Shown in pieces: positions 37,151 through 44,207 of a stretch of 44,207 bases of DNA. The position numbers and the translations under genes were made by a program. Numbering within the stretch: the stretch's first letter is position 1; every line of letters starts with the position of its first letter. Under the pieces are notes generated by a model that was not told the DNA's origin, made no database searches, and worked only from the letters and a program-made list of their open reading frames with translations. Source of the DNA: an uncultured Atribacterota bacterium (GTDB lineage Bacteria > Atribacterota > Phoenicimicrobiia > Phoenicimicrobiales > Phoenicimicrobiaceae); contig CAZMLS010000002.1 in the NCBI GenBank assembly GCA_964567215.1, positions 1 through 44,207 on the forward strand, given 5' to 3'.

Positions 37151-38809
37151 ATGAAAATATCTTTTTTAGGAGCTGCTAAATTAGTTACCGGCTCAAATTA
37201 TTTAATCGAAACAAAAAATTGTAAATTTGTAATGGAATGCGGCATGTTTCAAGGAAGTAAATCAATTGGCAGATTAAACTATCAACCTTTTACATATAAT
37301 CCCGGGGATATAGATTTTATGCTTCTTTCTCATGCCCATATAGATCATAGTGGACGGATTCCTAAATTAGTTAAAGATGGATTTAAAGGAAAAATCTATT
37401 GCACGAAGGCTACAGAAGATCTCTGTTCCATTATGCTACCCGATAGTGGTTATATTCAGGAGATGGAAACTAAATGGGATAACAGAAAAAGAAAGAGATC
37501 AGGGAGAAAATTAAGGGAGCCGCTATATACTGTTGAAGAAGCTAAGAAAAGTATAAAACATTTTAGACCGGTATTATACGATCAGACTATAAAGATCAAT
37601 GAAGAAATTACGGTAAGATTTGTTGATGCAGGACATATTTTGGGTTCCGCAATCATTGAATTATGGATAAAAGAAGACGGGAAAGAAATTAAATTGGTTT
37701 TCTCAGGAGATTTAGGGAGAAGAAACAGACCTATTTTAAGAGATTTGTCCCGTATTCAGAAAGCAGATTATATTATTGTGGAGTCAACCTATGGAAATAA
37801 GAAAAATCATCCTTCGGAAAATGATGCCGGAGAATTAATCTCAATTATTAACAATACAGTAAAAAAGGGTGGGAATGTAGTTATTCCTTCATTTGCGGTG
37901 GAAAGAGCACAAGATATAATTTATGAATTGAATAAGTATTATGATGAATCTATAAAAAGTGTAGATAAGGATTTTTTACAGGTCCCAGTTTATATAGACA
38001 GTCCTTTAACTGTTTCGGCAACAGAAATTTTTGAAAGAAATCCGGATTGCTTCGATGAAAAAACTTTAGAACTTATCAAAGCAGGAGATAACCCGTTAGA
38101 TTTTCGTAATTTAATATTCACCCGTAATGTAGAGGAGTCCAAACAGATTAACAAAACACCGGAAAGTAAAGTAATTATTTCAGCCAGCGGAATGTGTAGT
38201 GCGGGAAGGATAAAACATCATTTAAAACATAATTTATGGAGAAATGAATCAAGCATTGTTTTTGTCGGTTATCAAGCAGAAGGAACATTGGGAAGAAGGA
38301 TAAAAGAGGGAGAAAAATCAGTTAAATTGTTTGGAGAAGAAATTCAGGTAAATGCAAAAATATATACCCTGGACGGTTTCTCCGGACATGCGGATAAAGA
38401 AGGAATCATGTGGTGGCTGGAAGGATTTGAGAATAAACCTAAAAAAATATTTATAGTTCATGGAGAAGAAGAGGCCTCCCGGGAGATATCTAAAAAAATT
38501 GAAGAAGAGCTGAATATTGTGACTTATATTCCTGAATTGGGAGACACTTTAATAGTTGAAGGTGAAGTAGTCATTTCAAAAGGAAAGGTCTCTTTGGAAG
38601 AGAGAAGCATACAATATAACGAGATAGAAAAAAGTTTAGAGAAACTAAAATCTTCGCTCTATCCAGCATTGCAGAAATTGGAACAGAAAAATGAAAATCG
38701 CAAAGAAAACGGGGAATTGGTTGAAATTAAAAACAAACTGATTCGCTTGCAAAAAGAATCTGCCGAGTTAAACATGTTATTGACAAGTAAATCAGAAAAA
38801 GAAAAATAA
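37151..38809 (+). CDS. Beta-CASP family MBL-fold RNA-metabolising nuclease with coiled-coil C-terminal extension
   Basis: HAHIDHSG (HxHxDH), ESTYG, beta-CASP motifs and C-terminal GFSGHAD...VHGE. The last 90 aa or so are Glu/Lys-rich helical. Confidence 0.88.
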   Translation: MKISFLGAAKLVTGSNYLIETKNCKFVMECGMFQGSKSIGRLNYQPFTYNPGDIDFMLLSHAHIDHSGRIPKLVKDGFKGKIYCTKATEDLCSIMLPDSGYIQEMETKWDNRKRKRSGRKLREPLYTVEEAKKSIKHFRPVLYDQTIKINEEITVRFVDAGHILGSAIIELWIKEDGKEIKLVFSGDLGRRNRPILRDLSRIQKADYIIVESTYGNKKNHPSENDAGELISIINNTVKKGGNVVIPSFAVERAQDIIYELNKYYDESIKSVDKDFLQVPVYIDSPLTVSATEIFERNPDCFDEKTLELIKAGDNPLDFRNLIFTRNVEESKQINKTPESKVIISASGMCSAGRIKHHLKHNLWRNESSIVFVGYQAEGTLGRRIKEGEKSVKLFGEEIQVNAKIYTLDGFSGHADKEGIMWWLEGFENKPKKIFIVHGEEEASREISKKIEEELNIVTYIPELGDTLIVEGEVVISKGKVSLEERSIQYNEIEKSLEKLKSSLYPALQKLEQKNENRKENGELVEIKNKLIRLQKESAELNMLLTSKSEKEK

Positions 38810-38825
38810 ATAAGTTTCAAAATAT

Positions 38826-38866
38826 AAAAGCGAGTCCGAAAAAATTATCCGGGCTCGCTTTTATCA
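38826..38866 (+). terminator. Intrinsic terminator after the MBL nuclease gene
   Basis: aaaagcgagtccg / cgggctcgctttt stem (about 13 bp including one G.U), followed by TTTTATC. Confidence 0.8.
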
Positions 38867-38990
38867 AAAAAATATACCAAAAACATCTTTTAAATTTTTT
38901 TCTTCTTTAGATTATCATGGTATTAAAACCATGATAATTATCTCCAATGATTTTCTTAAACTTTGCTCCCTTAAATTAGATAAACGCATA

Positions 38991-39320
38991 CTAGAGAAGA
39001 GCATCAATCTTTTTTTGTATAATTGGCTTAGGTGTAACCCCTACCAGGCGATCAACTTCCTGGCCGCCTTTAAAAAATAATAGTGTAGGTATTCCCTGGA
39101 TACCATATCGGGCAGCTATGTCCTGGTTTTCATCTGTATTTAATTTACATACTTTCAATTTGCCCTGATTATCTTCTGCCAGTTGCTCGACAATTGGGGT
39201 GATCATTCGGCATGGCATACACCAGGGTGCCCAAAGATCTATTAAAACAGGTATGGAAGATTCTAGAACCTCTTCCTTGAAATTATTACTATTTAATTCT
39301 ATATTTTTAACATTTTCCAT
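38991..39320 (-). CDS. trxA: Thioredoxin (atypical WCMPC active site)
   Basis: 109 aa with the thioredoxin fold pattern. LIDLWAPWCMPCR replaces WCGPC. GIQGIPTLLFFKGG. Confidence 0.93.
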   Translation of the reverse strand: MENVKNIELNSNNFKEEVLESSIPVLIDLWAPWCMPCRMITPIVEQLAEDNQGKLKVCKLNTDENQDIAARYGIQGIPTLLFFKGGQEVDRLVGVTPKPIIQKKIDALL

Positions 39321-39357
39321 TTACTTTTCTCCTTTTCTATTTAAATATTTTTTATTT

Positions 39358-39771
39358 TTACTTGTAAGCATCGGAAATCAAATCTAATGCCTCTTTAATT
39401 ATTTTAACTTGTTTTTTAGAGAATTTATTACTTATTCTTTTTTCGCAATTACTCCTTTCTTGTTTGATTTTCTTTCTAATTTTTAGTCCCTTAGGGGAAA
39501 GAGAAATTACAAATGATCTTCTATCTCCCGGGTTAGTTGTTCTTAAAAAGTAACCCCTTCTAACTAGACTATCAATTATTCGGCTACCTCGGGATGGGGA
39601 TAAATCCATCTTTTGAGATAATAAATTACAGGTTATTTTTTCTTTTATATCAATTTGGGTAATGCCTTTATATCCTGCCAAAGATATATTGCATACTGTT
39701 CTTATCTTTTCTTCATCTTCCATGCAGATATTTTTTAATTCCATTATTAAATCTAACAGACTTTTTTCCAC
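39358..39771 (-). CDS. MarR-family transcriptional regulator
   Basis: 137 aa. Winged-HTH pattern (LSQKMDLSPSRGSRIIDSLVRRGYFLRTTNPGDRRSFVISLSPKG). GTG start. Confidence 0.85.
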   Translation of the reverse strand: MEKSLLDLIMELKNICMEDEEKIRTVCNISLAGYKGITQIDIKEKITCNLLSQKMDLSPSRGSRIIDSLVRRGYFLRTTNPGDRRSFVISLSPKGLKIRKKIKQERSNCEKRISNKFSKKQVKIIKEALDLISDAYK

Positions 39772-40044
39772 TACAACACCGTATTAATTGTTATTAGCAT
39801 TAATTGCTTCTAGCAAGTATATAAAATAAAAAGTTATTTGTCAAGTAATTTTTTAAAAATATTTAAAAAAGTAAATTGAAGGGAAAAAGCGATAATTTTT
39901 AATCGCTTAGGGTTTAATTCCCCGCAGCTCTGCTGCGATCAATAAGATATGGTAAAATGGTATAAAAAGTAGAGGCGTTTGAGAACAGAAGAAACAGTGA
40001 AAAGGTATATAAGAAGATATGTACAAGTAGCTAATTTCTAACGA

Positions 40045-40117
40045 ACCGCCGTATACCGAACGGTACGTACGGTGGTGTGAGTAGGAGGTAGATAAATTAA
40101 TTATCTACCTCCTACTC
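40045..40117 (+). ncRNA. Group II intron domain V-like hairpin (40045-40076) plus domain VI-like 17-bp hairpin (40079-40117); orphan fragment
   Basis: ACCGCCGUAUACCGAACGGUACGUACGGUGGU folds as a 10-bp lower helix with G.U wobbles, an AC bulge (40065-40066), a 3-bp upper helix and a 4-nt loop. It carries the CCGUAU...ACGUACGG signature and a CGC triad. No RT ORF or complete domain I is nearby. Confidence 0.6.
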
Positions 40118-40307
40118 GATTGAAAGCACTATTTTATCATAATAAATATATCAAAAAATATTCGTGATATTAAGATTTAATATGAACGCATAGTTTTAAT
40201 CATTATTGATATAAACTTTTATAAGTTAATCTGCTTTCATGATATAATAAATATCACTACTTATGCAAAATAGTAAAATATTTTTTCTATGAGGTAGGAG
40301 TTTAAGA

Positions 40308-41213
40308 ATGGTTAAAAACAGTATATGCAACACTGAGCATTTTGTCTTATTTATCATATGTTTCGTCATTTTTCATATACTATTCATAACTCCGTCATTA
40401 GCACAGGAAACCTTCAAGGATATAAGAATATTCAAAGAAATCCCTTATACGGTAATTAAAGATGTCGATCCAAATTTTACCAGTCTTGATATTTACACAC
40501 CATTAAGAGGTGAACATTTTCCTGTGATTGTTTTCATTCACGGGGGTACTTGGGTACTGGGGGACAAAGGCAGATTAAATGAAAAAATAAAATCATTTGT
40601 CAAAGCAAATTATGTATATATTAGCATTAATTATCGACTGTCTCCGGGGGTTCAACATCCGCTTCATGCAATCGATGTAGCAAAAGCTGTGACCTGGATA
40701 TATGAACATATTTCTGATCATAGTGGCGATCCTCTGAACATCTTTCTTTTAGGACATTCTGCCGGTGGTCATTTATCGGCTCTCATTGCCCTGGATGATC
40801 ATTACCTCAAAAATTTAGGTTTTTCCAATGAAATTATAAGAGGAATTATAGGTTTGGATAGCGCTGCTTATCACCTTCCTACTCTTATTCAAAGTGAACC
40901 CGAAAATGACTATCTCTTTGAAATGGCATTTGGTAACAATTCCGATATTTGGGAAAAGGCTTCTCCAATTAATTACGTAGAAAAAATCCAAAGTGCTCCT
41001 CCGTTTTTACTAATTTGTGCCGGTGATCGGGAAGTATCTAAGGTGGTTAATCTGGCCTTTTTTGATGCGTTGCGAAAATCGGAGCACGAGGTAGATTTAT
41101 ACTATTCACCTGATAAGAATCATGTAAGCATTGAACGCGACTTGGGGAAATCCGGAGATATTACCATTGAAATAATTTTTCAATTTATTCACAAACATTT
41201 AAAAAATCAATAA
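40308..41213 (+). CDS. Secreted alpha/beta hydrolase (carboxylesterase/lipase-like)
   Basis: N-terminal signal/TM. Oxyanion HGGTW, nucleophile elbow GHSAGGH, and late Asp/His residues. Confidence 0.85.
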   Translation: MVKNSICNTEHFVLFIICFVIFHILFITPSLAQETFKDIRIFKEIPYTVIKDVDPNFTSLDIYTPLRGEHFPVIVFIHGGTWVLGDKGRLNEKIKSFVKANYVYISINYRLSPGVQHPLHAIDVAKAVTWIYEHISDHSGDPLNIFLLGHSAGGHLSALIALDDHYLKNLGFSNEIIRGIIGLDSAAYHLPTLIQSEPENDYLFEMAFGNNSDIWEKASPINYVEKIQSAPPFLLICAGDREVSKVVNLAFFDALRKSEHEVDLYYSPDKNHVSIERDLGKSGDITIEIIFQFIHKHLKNQ

Positions 41214-41722
41214 TAAAACTGGTAAAATCCGATAGACAAAATATTTTTGAGTACTATTTTAATTTACGGGCCAAAATCTTGCAAGTAAAATTTTTTATTA
41301 CTAAAAAGCCTGATAATCAAAAGTAGAGTGTTTTTCCTTAAATATATTGTAATAATAGATTTTAAGATACCATATTCTGTTTTGCTATGATTCTTTATAA
41401 AATTAAATTCTATATCAATAAGAATGCTGGGTTTACTCAAAATCTCAGTCGGTAAACTAATTTCACTATACCATTACCATCTACTAAAGAGGCAATTCTA
41501 ATCCCTTCAATTCTGCCTTGAGTGGTATGTGTTTGGTATTCAAGAAAATTTACCACTTATAAGTAACTTTTCCCTCTGTTTTGCAAAAATTGTTAATTAA
41601 TTTTGTCCTTTTCTCTTCGAAATAACCCCAACATGAGAAATAATAATTATCATAGATAAGTGGGTGAATTCATTTCTTTCTAAGGAAAAAGTTACTCATT
41701 TAACTCTTTAAAAAATAACTCT

Positions 41723-42148
41723 TTAAAAAAGCAATAAAATTAAACGAACAACTATGGATACTATTGCCAAAGAATAAATCGTAGGGAAGATACCTTGTCT
41801 TCTCATTTCATTGGCTATTAATCCTGGGATAATATATCCTATACTTCGAAGCTCAATCCCAGAGATAGGCATTTTAATAATTATCTCTTCGATTAACCAT
41901 TTTAACAAAAAACTTACAAGCACCATGGATAAAAATCGGCGCCGGCCATATAGAATGATATAATTGGAAAGTATCTTTACTGCAAAATAAGTTAACAAGG
42001 CCACAAACAGGGTTATCAATATTCTGATAGGCTGATCTAAAAATAAAGCGACATAACCGGGTACCACTATCCCTCCGGGGGAGAAACCAACCATTTCATA
42101 AAAGGCAAAACTAACCATTACTCCTATTCCAATAGCTTGATAGATCAT
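41723..42148 (-). CDS. pgsC: Poly-gamma-glutamate biosynthesis membrane protein PgsC/CapC
   Basis: 141 aa, 4-5 TM. GGIVVPGY, ILYGRRRF and IIPGLIAN are collinear with Bacillus PgsC as I recall it. Confidence 0.88.
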   Translation of the reverse strand: MIYQAIGIGVMVSFAFYEMVGFSPGGIVVPGYVALFLDQPIRILITLFVALLTYFAVKILSNYIILYGRRRFLSMVLVSFLLKWLIEEIIIKMPISGIELRSIGYIIPGLIANEMRRQGIFPTIYSLAIVSIVVRLILLLF

Positions 42149-43320
42149 TTTTCTTCTCCAAATTCATTAAAATATTCTATAAATTTTTGTCCCATACCCT
42201 GAGTATTTCCGAAACCAAAAAGCAAGACTTTATTTTCAGTAAATTGTAAAACAAGTTGCAATATTTTTTCTATATCAGGCATTCCGGATAGGTTTATTAT
42301 TTTATCAGGGGATACTTTTAATTTTAAAAGAGTCCTTTCCATTAATTTGCTTAGGGGACCGACTAATAGTATTTTGGAAAAGTGAATTTCCTTGGCCAAT
42401 AGATGAGAAAATTGAATATCACGCAGGACCCGATCTTCTCGACTATTCATAATAGCTATTGCCGGTAAGTTTTTTAAATAGGTTTTTTTATTGATATTTT
42501 CCCAGATTAATAAAGTGGATGTTCTATCATTGGCAGCAAAAGCATTGACAAAAAATATTATTTTACCTGTTTTGGGCAATGCATAGATCTTTAAAGCCCC
42601 AGGGTCGGGGCTTGCTTTTAATATCCCTCTTAAAGCCACTTCTTCATCTACGCCAAGAAGTATATTGACCCGAAGGGCGATAGAAACATTTTCTTTAAAA
42701 TTCAAATAGTTAAATTTTTCAAGCGTATTACTGGAAACAAAGTTAGGGTCGGCAAAAACGATTTTAGTTTTTAATTGATCTGCTTGTTTCTTAAAAATAG
42801 AAAAGTAATCTTTTTCTGCGGTTACCAATATTCCTTCCCGGGGAACGGTAGATTTTAGTGCTTCAGCCATATCGCCAAGGTCAGGCCCAATTTCCTCTAG
42901 GTGATCTTGTCTTACATTGGTAATGACTCCGATAGTAGATTTTACCATCTTATGTTCTGAAACCCATTGTAGTTCGGGGCTAACCGCCATACATTCTACT
43001 ACCAAAATATTCACTTTTCTTTTTACTGCTTCAGTAAAAATTTTCAGTTGTTCAATAATATTTGCCTTTCCTCTTCGTTTGATGGGCACCTCGGTTCCGT
43101 CTTCTAAAATTAACCGGGGGAGTGTTCCGGTTGTTTTGGCGAGTACTTTAAATCCAGCTTCTCTTAGACCGGCTGCGATTAAACGAGTGGTGGTTGATTT
43201 TCCCCTCGTTCCATTCACATGAATACGAATAGGAATTTTTTTTAATCTTTTAAAATGATTGGCCTGTTCAATCATTCCGGATATTAAAAATATTACACTA
43301 AATACAAAAATAATAAGCAT
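42145..43320 (-). CDS. pgsB: Poly-gamma-glutamate synthase PgsB/CapB (Mur-ligase-like amide ligase)
   Basis: N-terminal TM, P-loop VNGTRGKSTTTRL, ECMAV, NVRQDHLEE and FANAFAANDRTST-like motifs. 4-nt overlap with pgsC. Confidence 0.92.
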   Translation of the reverse strand: MLIIFVFSVIFLISGMIEQANHFKRLKKIPIRIHVNGTRGKSTTTRLIAAGLREAGFKVLAKTTGTLPRLILEDGTEVPIKRRGKANIIEQLKIFTEAVKRKVNILVVECMAVSPELQWVSEHKMVKSTIGVITNVRQDHLEEIGPDLGDMAEALKSTVPREGILVTAEKDYFSIFKKQADQLKTKIVFADPNFVSSNTLEKFNYLNFKENVSIALRVNILLGVDEEVALRGILKASPDPGALKIYALPKTGKIIFFVNAFAANDRTSTLLIWENINKKTYLKNLPAIAIMNSREDRVLRDIQFSHLLAKEIHFSKILLVGPLSKLMERTLLKLKVSPDKIINLSGMPDIEKILQLVLQFTENKVLLFGFGNTQGMGQKFIEYFNEFGEEK

Positions 43321-43520
43321 ACTGCCCCCATCTTTTTCAGCTTAATTTTATCATTTTGCTTTACAATTTCAAAATATTACTTTATAATTGTCTAATTGAT
43401 GATAATTTCTATCGACCTCATAGGAGTCTAAATCTTTTCACCCTATATTGAAAATTATAGTAATTTATTAAATAATAAGGATCTTTAAATTTTGCAAATG
43501 TATTGGACTCAAACAGGGTA

Positions 43521-43550
43521 TTGACATATATGCATAAGCAGACTTATAAT
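43521..43550 (+). promoter_or_regulatory. Promoter for the 43634 gene
   Basis: TTGACA (43521-43526), 18 nt spacer, TATAAT (43545-43550). Confidence 0.55.
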
Positions 43551-43633
43551 ATTAAGTATACACTAATGGATACATAAAAATTTTTATAATAAGTGAGAGT
43601 TATTCTAAAAATTTTAAAGGAGTGAAAAAGAAA

Positions 43634-44206
43634 ATGAAAAAAATGATAAAAGTATTATTTTTGACTGTTTTAGTTTTCTTGACTGTCAATATAGCTTTCA
43701 ATTTTTGTTTTGCAAGCGAGGAACCGGCAGAGGTATTACTGACTTCTGTTGGACAAAGTCCGGATGCCAGAATGATTGATGTACTTGGTAAAAAATATCA
43801 ACTCAAGATGGATTACCAACAACTTGCCCAACCGGATATAGTGAAAAATTATAAAATAGCTATTATTGTCGTAGGTGGAAGTTCAAAGGGTTTGGGAGCA
43901 GCGGGAATCGATAAAGAACAGGAATTAGAAAGAGCTGCCGCTCTCATCAAAGAAATCAAGGAAAGAAAAATAAAACTTTTAGCCATGCATATTGGCGGAG
44001 ATGCAAGAAGAGGTATTTTATCGGATTTGTTTTTAGATGCAGTAATACCATACGCCGATCATATTATGATTGTGGAGTCAGCTAATATGGATAACTATTT
44101 TACCCTTATCAGCAAGGAAAAAGAAATTCCTTTGGAAATGGTTGACAAAATATTAGAAACAGGAGAGTTATTGCAAAAATATTTTCAAAATAACCTTGGA
44201 GAATAA
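43634..44206 (+). CDS. Secreted hypothetical protein (signal peptide; Rossmann-like VGGSSKG segment)
   Basis: Start moved to ATG 43634 (MKKMIKVLFLTVLVFLTVNIAFNFCFA), 11 nt after AAGGAG. No family recognised with confidence. Confidence 0.7.
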   Translation: MKKMIKVLFLTVLVFLTVNIAFNFCFASEEPAEVLLTSVGQSPDARMIDVLGKKYQLKMDYQQLAQPDIVKNYKIAIIVVGGSSKGLGAAGIDKEQELERAAALIKEIKERKIKLLAMHIGGDARRGILSDLFLDAVIPYADHIMIVESANMDNYFTLISKEKEIPLEMVDKILETGELLQKYFQNNLGE

Positions 44207-44207
44207 A

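Noticed and set aside
41214-41722. Decayed pgsA (capA) gene downstream of pgsC
   Set aside because: The gap is far shorter than a capA gene. My spot translations on both strands gave only short stop-interrupted peptides with no recognisable CapA motifs.

Overview
AT-rich bacterial chromosome segment centred on the replication origin. Gene orientation flips at about 23.7-24.7 kb. On the minus strand to the left lie dnaA-dnaN-recF-DUF721(DciA-like)-gyrB-gyrA. Further left are a T-box-controlled hom-thrB-aspartate kinase-asd cluster, ridA, a CyuA-like gene, an ArsB/NhaD permease and CBS gene (both plus strand), pfkB, PEBP, a DUF4139 gene, a secreted low-complexity protein and a NapH-like 4Fe-4S membrane protein that runs off the left edge. 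On the plus strand to the right lie rpmH-rnpA-yidD-yidC-jag-mnmE, a 1.15 kb gene-free gap, then rsmG-parA-parB, amaP/asp23-like genes, a polytopic membrane protein, an HD protein, thrC and a beta-CASP MBL nuclease. The window ends with trxA-marR (minus), an alpha/beta hydrolase, pgsB-pgsC (minus) and a secreted hypothetical protein. I found no rRNA, tRNA, CRISPR array, transposase, phage gene or recognisable defence gene, and no convincing novel protein-coding system. The unexplained material is non-coding. (1) The slot where mnmG normally sits holds non-coding DNA with a perfect parS, a second cluster of DnaA-box-like repeats and a G+C-richer, hairpin-rich island. (2) A group II intron domain V/VI-like module with a class C-type CGC triad sits in the marR-esterase spacer, with no intron ORF. 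(3) A canonical T-box leader with an unusually short Stem I precedes hom. (4) Short repeat families recur in several spacers. The ORF track misses two real genes: rpmH (too short) and the left-edge 4Fe-4S gene (no stop in the window). It also over-extends several N-termini. All family assignments rest on motif recognition by eye. No database search was run.
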